The position numbers and the translations under genes were made by a program. A DNA stretch of 63,423 nt, the filler included, from Atractiella rhizophila (taxonomy: Eukaryota): the NCBI GenBank assembly GCA_021432655.1. It is 6 parts of 6 records of this genome, joined end to end, with 100 filler letters (N's around TTAATTAATTAA, not from the genome) between each part and the next. Parts side by side here need not be neighbours in the genome. Positions count along the whole stretch, not along the records: positions 47,639 to 57,515 come from MU271311.1; positions 57,616 to 59,473 come from MU271313.1; positions 59,574 to 63,423 come from MU271317.1; 3 more parts are not named here. One strand, written 5' to 3'. The notes under the pieces are model-generated. The model was not told the DNA's origin and did not search any database. It saw nothing but the letters and a program-made list of their open reading frames with translations. Shown here piece by piece: positions 52,084 to 63,423 of this stretch (positions within the stretch are counted from its first letter, which is position 1; every line of letters begins with the position of its first letter).

Positions 52084-52413
52084 GATTCGTCAAGTCGTAA
52101 TGGTCGTAAAGTGGGTAACGGCCCTCAACACCGAAATCCCAACATTTATACTTCTCGCTATCATCATTTTGCAGTCGCCCGAATCCCAAGTCGAATTGTC
52201 GACGTCACTGACGCAAGAATCTGCTCTGGGCGGGAATATCCTTTGTAGATCCCGTGTTCGGCATTTCCAGCATAGGATGCCTTTGACCGTGCAATGTTCT
52301 TGTGCTTGTGCTTGGATGAACTAAGTCACAAAGGGCCGCGTATCGCGTATCACATCAAATGTCATGTAGTACCAGTGGGGATGGAACACGACATCCTTAT
52401 CAGAAGGACAAAA

Positions 52414-53346
52414 TCAGTCTCTTCTCCACTCCATGTTCCAATGCCACCCATCGTCTTCACCTCTCCTCTTACTTCTTCCGACGACCTCAAAACCATTCTT
52501 CTCGCTATATATACAGGTATCAGGATACACTCAACCATAGAGCACCAACAGCTTACAAGACTCTCCGACTCGCCCAATTCCCCTCATGCACGTTCAACCG
52601 AAACAACCTGACGTCCATTAACGGGATGAGATACGCTTCGAATAGGGTCTTGATGCACTGGGTCATGATGCCTTTGTTGTGGTGATCAGGGGAGAGATAG
52701 TCTCCAAAACACCATTCTTGATCGCGTGCGAAGTCAAGTGAAGGGAAGAAAGGCTCTGGCCAGCCTTTGGCCATTGGCAGATCGTGTTTTTCGAGCTCGA
52801 GAGATACGACTCCAAGCAGCTTGCCTCCTGCGCGATCGGGATCGGCGGAGTACCGTATGACCTTTAACATGTAGATTATTGAGAGTGAGTGGGGTACAGA
52901 CAGCCAAACAAGCAGGTATATCATACCTCGAAAGCAGAGCCGCTTATTCTTCGGCATCCGTCCAAAGTGTTAGTCCGCAGAAATTCGACCAGTTTCTTCG
53001 TGTCCTCATCCCTTCTTCCGATCCAAAATTGTGCATGTTCCCTCTCAAAAGGGTTCGGTGGGCCGCTCAATGTTTTAATCACTACAACACCGCACATCTC
53101 AATTTCATATCTCTCTAATTAAGCGCGATAAAGGCTGGAAAAGGGGAGAATGTTGTCGAGAGATAGATATTACGGTGTACCTCGCTCGTCGTTCAACAGC
53201 GCAACCATGGCTTCCACATCTGCTTCGTCTTCCACACTGCGCCATGGACACATCCGATAGGCTGACAATGGCGCAGGGAGAGGAATAAATGGTTCATGCG
53301 TTTCTGCATCGTAAGAAATTCTAGTGAGATGCGAAAAGGGGTGCAT
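52414..53346 (-). CDS. GNAT N-acetyltransferase (RimJ/RimL-like)
   Basis: EPFIPLP, L.GPP.P, W.FGDYLSP.HH.KGIMT, N.ASRRV.EKNGF. Confidence 0.85.
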
Positions 53347-54607
53347 GGCGGTTAAAGCATGGCAATTCAATGTGGCTCCAAGGCTCCCTTTTGAGGGGGA
53401 GCGTGACTCGTGCCTCATCGAATTCTGTTGACAATGCCTGATTCCTTTGGAGTCGATGATTATTTCCGGAACGCAAGTTGTAGAACTAGATAAGTAGCAA
53501 CTGGAGGTTCATGAGTTATCATGACTTGTCGGAGGAAAGTAAAAATTCGTAACAGCGTTCCCGCTTGCATATGGAGAGGACGTCAGAAAATGAGGTAAAA
53601 ACAAGTGAAAAATGAGAAAGCCTTGGAACAATGAGCATGAATTGATCGTTCATATCTTGAATCCATCAAGTCAAAAGCAAAGCATCATAGGGTACATCGT
53701 GTTTGAGGAGCCCATTCTGACGTCGTTTCTCTCAAATTCCGTTCAGAAAACCCTGGAACCTTCAACTGTTGAAGTTCAGCCCGCCACCACCATTCACGGC
53801 TTACTAAGAACGACGCGATGCCACATATTCGAGGAGATTCTATTTTCTTCTCGCTTCTTCTTGCTTACTTATTTCTTACGCGTTGGCGTACTTCTAGAAT
53901 TTGTTTGCCACATCTTTCTCAGATATATAAACCGTGTTAAAGTCAGGCAGAAACATGTAGTAATGATATCTTTGTTTCCTCTCAACTAAAAAACTCGCAT
54001 CATTATTCGCAGTCTTACAACATCAACGGCCAACCGCTACGGCTCGTCGGGATGCTTCTGGTGACAAGCAGAAAGAGGATAATGCAACACTCTCGGCCAA
54101 CAGAACAGAAGTCGCAGAATTTGATGGGTTGGGCTGCTTGTTCATCAGGAAGAAGGCACCGCAGAGATGTCCATGTCCATTGAGAGCCCAACGGTACATC
54201 TAATACGTAGAGGCTACTAACTACAGAAATATTGGGGATATTTGAGAAGAAAGATATGCGGTTCTGCGTAGGTAGGAGGATGATGATGAGATTTGCTCGT
54301 TCTTGCTGATTCTTGCACCACGAATCTTAGAAATGACTTCAAATTCGAAATTTGCTTGCCATTACAGATTGCAAACGCAAAGTACTGACGAGTCGCGTTT
54401 TATTTTCACCATTGTCCATAATAACGTATTATAACAATCCATCAAGGATGTTGCCGTAAATGAGCGATCATTGTTTTCTGTTGTGTGTATGTTGGTTCTT
54501 CTGTCCAACACTGTGAAAGGTCAGGTATGACATGAACCAATTGCTTTCAATCACGTTTCAAGCTCATCTTTATTCACTAAGCAAGACCTCTTTTGAGGTA
54601 TAAGAAG

Positions 54608-55917
54608 TTAAACAGCCAAAGCCTTCAGCTCATCTTCTATATCTTCTGACCCAATCTCCGTGTCTGCCCCAACACCAGCCATTGTACCAGACGAGACAGC
54701 TTGCGCATTGGCACCCATGAAAGTAGCTGCATTTCCAGCAGCAAATATGCCTTCGGTCTTTGTCTTCCCAAAGAACCCATCCACAGGGAGTTCGCCAAGG
54801 TTGACCTTGAGCATTGGGTTCGGCTCAGAGAGTGAAGCTGTCAGGTCAGAGACCGATGCATGGGACAGAAGGGTAGTGAGACCGGCTGAGGGACGTGTTT
54901 GGGGAGTATAGAGGACGTAAGAAGTGGAGAGCGATGGACCGGAAGTGAAGTTGATGGTTATGTCTTTGGAAGTCGTGGAAGGCGGATCAATAGTTTTCAG
55001 CGATCGAAGGTCCCATTTGTAGCTGCCAACACCCAGATGTCACATCGCTCACATCAAAAACGCGTGTACTCACCCTCTTGCTTTACAAACTTTCAAGAAT
55101 TCTTCGGATATACCCAGATCTGCTCTTCCAGTCGGTCCAGTCGCGTCCTCCCCAAACAAGCCGTTTGCCAGAATCGTAACCGGACTATTCTTCAAATTCG
55201 CAAACTTCTCCAAAAATGACTTTAGGGAGAGCATGGGAAAGAGAGGGATAATCGTGGTAGGAAGAAGGACGGCGATCGACTGCCCCGACGTTTCAGTTCC
55301 GTGGCAAAAGACGCAATGGATCCCTTGTTTCCCCCAGATTTGTTCGAATCCTGGAATGGGAGGGAGGATGTCCTCTAAGCCGGTGGCGAGGATGACCTTA
55401 CGCGCAAGATACGACTCGGAAGCGTCATCCTTCACAAGAAATTTGTGACGGTCAGTCGTATCGAGGCGTTCCAAAGATCGAGCCTCTCGAGCAAGATAAG
55501 AGAAGGTTTCAGAGTACCTTAAGCCCTCTGATCAATATTTGGAACAGGTCTCGACTTGTGGACTTACTTGCTAGTCAATTCGTCCCTCACTTTTGCTCGG
55601 AAGACAGCAGGGTCAACACCTTCATGTCCCGGGAAGTTATTCGCGGTGGTCGCTTTTGCGTTTCTGTATACCTGTGAATCGAAAAGCTTCACTGTACGTT
55701 TGGTTCTCGAGAGTGTGATTGCAGCAGAGAGACCAGCTGGTCCGCCACCTGTCCACATGAGACAAACATTCAGCTCCCTTATGCGATACAAAAAGTAAGG
55801 CTCACCAATGACGATGACATCCACTTTATTCCCTTTATGCATGGTGAAAAAGGTTCGGTTGTGGCCGCGAAGTGTTGGGAGTGTTATTGTGAAGAATTGT
55901 AGAAGTTGCCTCCTCAT
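54608..55917 (-). CDS. FAD-dependent thioredoxin-reductase-like (GliT-type) oxidoreductase; main ATG probably 55842
   Basis: DVIVIGGGPAGLSAA, FDSQVYRN, RKVILATG.ED.LP.IPG....WG..GIHCVFCHG.E, T..EGIFAAG. Confidence 0.9.
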
Positions 55918-56150
55918 GAAGGGCTCTTATAGAAGGTCGACACCCTTTTATAAAGCCCGTCAGCAGCCACAGAGAGCCAGCACGACGCTACAAAAGGCCG
56001 AAATCGGAATGTGACGACCCTTCCGGTGAAACGGTTATGGTACTAGTCAAGCTCCTTGGGAGCTTACCCGCTTTGTCCGATTATTGAAAAAGTGATCACT
56101 CCTGCTGATGGGACAGGTCTGAAGGCGGTTTCACTACGCCGAGTTGTTCG

Positions 56151-56261
56151 TGCAATGGTGTTGGTTGAAATGGTGCAATGGTGTTGGTTGAAATGGTGCA
56201 ATGGTGTTGGTTGAAATGGTGCAATGGTGTTGGTTGAAATGGTGCAATGGTGTTGGTTGAA
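56151..56261. repeat. Perfect 23-bp tandem repeat (TGCAATGGTGTTGGTTGAAATGG), ~4.8 copies
   Basis: Units start at 56151, 56174, 56197, 56220, 56243. Confidence 0.97.
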
Positions 56262-57827
56262 TGTCATTCGACGGCACCAGCATTGCTGCCATAACCATAA
56301 TTCAGAACGCTCCCACCTCTATGTCTCTCATGTATATATCGAGCTACGTGTTGAGATACCTTTTCCTTCAAAATAAAGTAGCGACTAAAGAGTACCTCTC
56401 AAACAACAGATCAATAACCTCGCCGAGGTTACGTTAACCACCAAACCAGACAGGCACTGTCGGGAAAACGGGACTTTGATCCTGTCCCTCGCTTGATTCG
56501 CCACCCCTCATTCACCTTACAGCTCCATTTGAACCAGCATTTAGCCATTGTCAGCGTTAGGTATTCAAAATGGTAAATGGGTTTCATTAAGCGCGTTAAC
56601 AGCAACAGGATTGAAAGTCCGGCAACCCAACAACGACAGTCAGAGTATGGTGGTGTGTTCTGAAACAACACACTATTTATGAACAATGATTATCCACTTT
56701 GTCACGCCATCCAAATCTGGCAAGGACCAATGCTCAAACGAACACATCCAACCTCCCAGAATGTGCCTAAATTCATATGTCATCCGCGGAATCGCGTTCT
56801 CCTTTACTCGACACCAAGCACACATATCACAAATATCTTCTGAAGGTGGTCATCAGGTCGTCATGATTGTCCTCTTGATATTTCATCACGGGCGAAATCC
56901 TTACCTAAGGGGCCAGCGGCGTTTCCTTTGGAGGATGAACAAAGTGAGCTGAACAAAGCCGTAGGGAAGACGCGTACCAACACACAATTTGGCAAGTTTT
57001 TTGTTCGTAAAGGCTGGGGTTTTGGTTCGTCTGTCCTACATATTTTGAGCTTCTATTGATTTTAGCCTCATTGACAGGTCGTTAGCTCCCTTGCTTCCTA
57101 CAAAAATGTCGACCAAATTTCGTCCCCTCCTGCCCAAGCTTTCGCCCCTTCATCAATTCCACACGCGGAACGCCACTTTTCAGCGCTCTTTCCGATTATC
57201 ATCTCTATCCAGCTTCCCTCGAAATCGTCCATTTAACATTTCCCCTCCTCCGGATCCAAGATGCATTCTAAACCTCTCTTCACATAACCACCTTGCTCAT
57301 AGGCAGGTAAGGTAGCGGTAACGGTCGGGGTTGCGTGGACGGTTTTTCGCAGGTCTGTTCGCCAGACCGCTCCCTACCAGGCCGAACATATCCCCATCCG
57401 CATTCTCCATTCGCAAGCTAACCAACTCAAAGTAGGAAGCCTCCTCCTCATCCGACTCCGTCAACACAGTTCTCCAGTAATATATTACCCAAGCTTCCCA
57501 ACTGCCAAGCCGAAANNNNNNNNNNNNNNNNNNNNNNNNNNNNNNNNNNNNNNNNNNNNTTAATTAATTAANNNNNNNNNNNNNNNNNNNNNNNNNNNNN
57601 NNNNNNNNNNNNNNNAAGGGTGAAAGCTGCTAGATGGTCTCCACATTTCATCCTGCTTATCCTGCTTTCGCCAATCTCAGCACTCTCAGTCCCTCCTTAG
57701 CCTGCATTATTGCAGATTTAACACCTCTTGAGGGAATTAACGCGAATTACAGCGACGTCTAAACTCGATCTCGTCGTGGAACGCGGAGTTGTTTTGCTGT
57801 CACGAACTAGCAAAGGAAAGCAAGAGT

Positions 57828-59473
57828 ATGGAAGATTGGGTGGGTTCTTTCCAATTTCTTACTGTGAACGGAGCCAATAGCGTGAGTGGCACGTCAGGAC
57901 GAGTCCGGAGACGAGCTGGACCTGCTCTCTGAATCCTCTCAGTCCCTTGAAGTTCCCAAGAAACCAAAGTCGAAAAGGCGAAAGGACCATCTCCTTCCCT
58001 CCTCCTCACAGCTTACTCAACCTCCACAGTCCTCACAAAGTTACTCATCTTTCGCCAACGACTCCCCGGATCCCTTAAGCATAGGCACAAAGGTGCCCAA
58101 GGACTTCATTCATGCGGATTCTTTGGGTGACATTGAGGCAGCAAATGCCAGTCCGTCGAAATCGATGAAGATGGGAGCCAGCGGAAAAATGGAGAATCTC
58201 AAGCTTGGGGACGGAGAGGAGGATGAAGGAGTGGAAGAAAAATTGACCAAACTGCGGACACCAAGGAAGCCGCTTGCGTCTCCAAACAAACGTAAAGCAG
58301 AAGATAAGGATGGAGAAGACACCTCAGTGACGCCAAAGAAAGCCCGCATCACAGTTCCTCTCCCTTCCAGACGACGTGACGTATCTATCGATCCCAATTC
58401 CTCGCCGCTTACTCCTCTCGCTTCTTCTCCTATACCCAACCAGGACGAACTGCATCACATGGAAATGGATGGACTAGATCATGAACTTGGTGGTTTCCTC
58501 CGTGGTGAGATCGGGGATGACGCTGGACTGGCACGACGGTCAAGATCTCTGAGGAAGGCAGCAAGGAAGGCCACTATTAAGCAGCGGGAGTTAGTGGAGG
58601 AGGAGAGCGAGACGGAGACAGTGGTGGAAGCAGATGAGCCTGCCTCACCCGGGAAGAGGGGCAGGAAGCGTAAACTGGATCAGGAGGAGGAACAAGAATT
58701 ACCCACAGGAGCAGAGTATGCCTTTGCGGCGGTCAGAAAACGCGCAGGGAGGAAACGGCCCAGCGCTCAAACTGAAGGGAGTGAGGAGGAGAAGGAAGCT
58801 GTTGTGATGAAGAAGGCGCCTGCTCCCGGGAAGAATAGGCTGCAGAAGAGGAAGTCGCTTGGGGCAAAAGAGGTGCTGGCCGTGCGTCAAGATCCAGCGA
58901 AGAAATCTACATTAAAGCCCGCTAAAGCTCCTCGTGGTAAGAAAGGAGGACCCTACGCCTCAACAGGGATTGGTGCGTGCCGTCCCTACGTATCCTCCGT
59001 CCTTTCCGGCTTATGCTCGCAGCAGAGCCTCTCCTAGAGGATCCCAGGACCGAACTCAAGAGCCTCACAGTTCCTTCACAAGTCGCCGTGGAGAAAACTC
59101 ATTCAAGGCTGTCCTTATTAGAATCCGACGATGGTTTGCGTTTTTCTCTCAACTCTCCACTGTCACTAAAACATGGGGTAGAATCCTTACCTGATGTTGC
59201 TGACATCTTCTCTCGCCCAGCAACGCAATCCGCCCCTTCAGTGTCAACCTTTCCATCCTCGCAACCCACCAGCAGTTTTGAAATATCCCCTCAGAACCAC
59301 AAACCGGACCTTCCTCCAATGGAGGAGGAGGAGCGATTCGATGGGCGGCCGCGGCGTCAGGGGAGGAAAACATATGCTGAAAGCTCCTCAGAAGCTGATG
59401 AAGGGAGACCGCAGAGGAAGCGTGTACCATCTCAAAGGAGGAAGTTGAAGGAGGGGGAAACGAAGCAGGCGAA
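57828..59473 (+). CDS. Low-complexity Lys/Arg/Ser/Glu-rich probable nuclear protein, 3'-truncated
   Basis: Long open exons 57881-58972 and ~59025-59473 with several NLS-like basic clusters; no recognisable domain. Confidence 0.65.
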
Positions 59474-59573
59474 NNNNNNNNNNNNNNNNNNNNNNNNNNN
59501 NNNNNNNNNNNNNNNNNTTAATTAATTAANNNNNNNNNNNNNNNNNNNNNNNNNNNNNNNNNNNNNNNNNNNN

Positions 59574-62500
59574 TGCAGCTCAGCCGAGGCAAGCGTTAGA
59601 TGTCAAAAGTCTGCCTACGGTACGGGATGCCAGGTCTGGAAGTCCACATTCGAGGTGAAGGGATTAATCGGATACTTGTCGTAGAGCATCTGCAACTCGA
59701 ATTCAGTGGGAAGTCTGCCCCCCTTCGACTATTGCAACATGTTAGTGATAAAATCAACGCAACTTAGGTGCCAACTCACTCTCGCGTAGTCGGTTAGCAT
59801 GTTGCCGCACCCAGTGACGGGCCAATGATTCGCATATGCAAGCGGAACGAGCCCATAAACCGTTTTGACGCTCACGTTGCCCGTTTCATCCACCTTCCAG
59901 CTCTCTGGGGTCTTCCTGCCTGGTTCCTGCTTCCAAAAGTCGTAGTAATCGCCATTCGTAATCATCAACAAGCTGATCTTGAAAGGTTTCTTCACCTCCA
60001 CGATCCTTGTCGGGGATTCGTTATCCCAGCCATAGACATGGGAAGGAGACAGGACTGCATTGTCACGAGTGTCGACATCGTCAATTCCGAAGTTTAACGA
60101 GGACGGCTGAAACGTCTCAGTGGTTCCTAAATCTTGAGAACGATAGAGAGCATTCCAATGATTTGAGAGGGAGCGGAAGTCTGGAATACTCGCTGAACTT
60201 GGAGGGTTAATTTTTTCTGGCGCCATTTGCACGATCATGTATAGAATCGTCTCCAGGTGCATGGCTACATTCAACTTCAGCCAAAGAACAAAGCAGCCAG
60301 TGAATGTACGGAACGCACCTTCATGTTCGTATCCTAACCACAGGCTCCTCCCAAATGCTCTATCCACACCTCCTCCTTCTCTCTCATATTTCTTCTCGTC
60401 GTAAATCGTCTCCACCCTTTTCCTCACTGCATCGCGGAAGGCGAGGATCTCCTCCAAAGTTGGCCAGTCTTCTTTAACCTTCGGGACCTTGGAGTGACGG
60501 TGAATCTGCATAGAGACGTTGAATGCTAAGTCACAGCAGAGAAGCTTTCCAAATGGAAAACAGACTTTCGTAGGGTCTTCCATGTCCGGATCGATTCCGC
60601 GCTCAAAGATATCCCTGAAATAGGCTGGTTCGGTAGGATTTCCATCCAGCGCTCTCGTTAGATGAATATCCAAGAAAGTTGGAATCTGTTTTGGATCATC
60701 ATCATGTCATCCAAAGCGGAGGGGTACGACGTACATGTCCCTATTCTCTCTAGTCAGGATGATAACCCAACAAAAGGAGTAGAAGGACTGACAAGATAGA
60801 ATAAATTAATGTGCCTAAGGTCGATAGGCTTTTCGTGCAACATCTCCTTCGGTATGATCTGATTGCGCCGGTCAACAGCTTGCCACCTTGGGGCGAAAGG
60901 AACCACTCACGTTCAGCGTCACCTCATCCCAGAGCTTCCACAGTCCCCTCCACTCCTCCATACTAGGTAGATTGCGTCCCATCTCCGCATACTCGTCTCC
61001 CCTTTCCACCAAATAAACGCCATAATAATCACCACCGTCCCTCCCTCCCTTCCAACACTGGACGACTCTCAATCCGCTCTTCCTGAACATCTCTCTCGCC
61101 TGCTTCTCCGTCAACTTGTAGCTGACTTCCACATTGACGAGCTCTCCTTCTTTGAACTCAAGCTCCTTCTCTTCCCCTTCCACCGTGACGATCACCTTTC
61201 CACCCTCCCTCAACCTCATATACGCCTCGTGTCTTCCCTCCTGCGCATTGAACCTATTGACGTACTCAGCGGGTGGCATTCCACCCTTCGCCTGCAAGAT
61301 GGCACCGGCATTCCTCCATCCGTTCTGAAACCAAGCAGCCGTCTTCCCGAACTCGTCATTATACGCTCTCTCAATCTTCGTCGCATCCTGACACCCATCC
61401 AAACAGATGAGCAGCTTGTCCACTCCAGGACGGAAGAGCTCCGAGATGCGAGAGAGGAACGAAATAGCAGAGGTAGGGCGGAAGTTTCCCAAGGAAGAAC
61501 CGAGGTGCAATAGGCACTTGGGAGGGTCGGTCGTTGAAGAATTGTTCAGACCGCCAGATGAAAGCCATTTTAGGCCTTGGAAATAGTCGGCACATATCCC
61601 CCCGACTGAGATCTTTGAAGCGTCGCTCGGATGAGCTGTGGCGACTTTGGGGAAGGAGGTGGTGAGTTCGGAAAGCGTCTGCACCAATTGACGCTTTTCC
61701 AGGTCCAGCTAAGAAGAAGACTCGCCGTCAAAATACGCAGGAGGAGACAAGGCACGGGAGATACGAACGGCATAGTACTTGAGCCCTGGAATGTGGAGCT
61801 TGTGCAACCTGGCGAGAAGATGGCTGGTCTTCTCCAACGGCCTGTACCATCCATCCTACGGTCATTAACAGTAACGGAGAGAAGAAAAATGACAGACCCA
61901 GCACCAAGCTCCACTACCACCGGCGTAACAGTGCCTCCACCAGCGGGACCTCCTAAATGAGAATCGCAGCCATTCATCTTGCCCAACGATCCATTGACAC
62001 TGCACGGCAAGCGCATAACAGTCAGCAACGGGGCAGAAGTGAGGCGAAGAGGATTCGAAAGCAGACCCGTAATTGTTCGCTCCCACTCTGTCGTCTCCCC
62101 ATTTCTCCTTCCCGTTCTCGTTCAACTTCCCATTCGCTCCATGTCCATTCGTTCCGTTCATGCCATTCTGTTTCAACTTCTCTTCCTTCTCGGCGTGCCC
62201 GCCTGAGCCCGTGAAAAGGCCCATCATTCTCGCCGCCTTCCCGCCACAATCAAAAGGCAACCCGTCAGTGATCGGAAATGGAACAGAAAGCAGGGGTTAG
62301 TGGACGCACAATATCGTCTCCATGCCTCTTCAAGATATCGAGTTCGTCTTTGAACAAGTAATATGCTTCGAGGTTTGCTACTTCGGGGTACATTTCGAGG
62401 CCGACATTGTCGTAGAGCACCACTTGAGCAGAAGCCCTCCCATCAGCCTCTAACCTCTTCTGGAGGCGAAAGGAGGGAGAAGACAAACTGGGATCTATAG

Positions 62501-62624
62501 TTTTGGAGAATCTCCAATCGCCTTCCCCTCTGACTTCTTTAGAAGAGAGAGAGTCAAACAGCTGGCTCCCCAAAGAGCCAGCCTCCATGCTGCCTGTCCT
62601 CAAGTCGACAATTTCTGGTTTCAT
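59574..62624 (-). CDS. EGT1: Ergothioneine biosynthesis protein Egt1 (histidine methyltransferase + DinB/FGE-sulfatase sulfoxide synthase), 3'-truncated
   Basis: LYD.VGL, YYL...E..IL, VVELGAG, LGSSLGNF, AYND..G, E.SYK, KPIDLRH..FYLGHIPTF.DIHL, FERGIDP, EHE.MHLET.LYM, GWDNE.P, GRLPTE.EL. Confidence 0.95.
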
Positions 62625-63112
62625 GATTGCTGAGTATTCTGCTGAATATCGATAGCTGATTCGTTATTTTCCCGTTGAAATGTTGAGATTTCGATAGTGG
62701 GTGATCGTCGTTGTGGGAGAGAGAGTGGTGGTTTATATGAAGGCCTCGAATTTCTATTACGTATTTATCCCACCTTCTATAAACGTTTTGCCCCGTCAGT
62801 ACTCAGTCGTAACAAGGAAACAAGGTCATCTTAGCTGCCTTCCATCGACGTAACAGGAGCCAGGAGACGCGTAGGCACGCGCCTGCTTTGACTCAGCAGC
62901 TGGACTGCAAGCGAAAATAGAGGGATGGGGAGTATCTGATTCGGTCAGCACCGGCTACGGGGGAGTTCTTCCCTCTACACCCTATCCTGCAACCATCGAC
63001 TAACATGCAGTAAAAGTCACAATCTTTCCTGAGACGTTCAAACGGGATTGGCTTAGAAATCATTGTTGCATTATCAAAATATTGGACAGGACAAGACAGG
63101 AGCATAAGGACG

Positions 63113-63423
63113 TCACTTCTTCCTAGTCCTCTTGCTCCTCCGCGTTTTCTTCGAATCATCTTCCTCAACCCCAGATATCCTTTCCATCAAACTCTTCTTT
63201 TCCTGTCCTCCAGCTGCACCACCACCACCGGTCCCCTTAATGTGTATTTCTGCTTTCCCCTTATCTCCAGCTCCCATCTGGGTCTCAACAATCTTCTCAC
63301 TCCGGGCGGGTATTGGCACCTCCTCTTTCCCCTCGGCAACTGCCTCCCGAGCTATTTCCTGCAGTTCCTTCTTCTCCACGATCTCGGGGAGCCCCACCAC
63401 AGCCGATTCTTCTCTGATGACGA
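63113..63423 (-). CDS. 3' end of an unidentified gene (runs off window)
   Basis: Open frame to window edge ending ...KKTRRSKRTRKK*. Confidence 0.5.
   Translation of the reverse strand, partial: VIREESAVVGLPEIVEKKELQEIAREAVAEGKEEVPIPARSEKIVETQMGAGDKGKAEIHIKGTGGGGAAGGQEKKSLMERISGVEEDDSKKTRRSKRTRKK

Noticed and set aside
56151..56261. CRISPR array
   Set aside because: Head-to-tail repeats with no spacers, eukaryotic context, no cas genes.
54608..62624. Apparent redox/sulfur cluster (GliT-like oxidoreductase + EGT1)
   Set aside because: Separated by two artificial spacers, so linkage is not shown.

Overview
Eukaryotic fungal DNA, intron-rich with typical introns of about 45-65 nt and GTNNGT-type donors. 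It is most consistent with a basidiomycete; the F-box/LRR family here resembles, from memory, proteins of Atractiella (Pucciniomycotina). The window is not contiguous: six assembly pieces are joined by five artificial 100-bp spacers (44 N + TTAATTAATTAA + 44 N), there are four plain N gaps, and homopolymer-type frameshifts occur. It encodes about 25 mostly conserved genes: CSL4, an MFS monocarboxylate-family transporter, a flavodoxin-like quinone reductase, PLP2, RPT3, GTP cyclohydrolase I, NAD kinase, a fungal transcription factor, a carboxylesterase-fold protein, CDC16, GH26, a RhoGEF-CNH protein, YND1, a BRCT-like protein, MAF1, a kelch protein, a GNAT, a GliT/TrxB-like oxidoreductase and EGT1. 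One piece (17.5-29 kb) is largely a mosaic of duplicated and degenerate gene fragments. The most striking unexplained pattern is a set of four very long first coding introns (524, 963, 768 and 582 nt; CSL4, GCH1, CDC16, YND1). Each is densely filled with hairpins and has complementary segments near its two ends, which could fold it back towards normal effective intron size. Two further intergenic regions (about 1.48-1.86 kb and 48.4-49.0 kb) look like unannotated structured RNAs. All folding was done by eye and needs computational confirmation.
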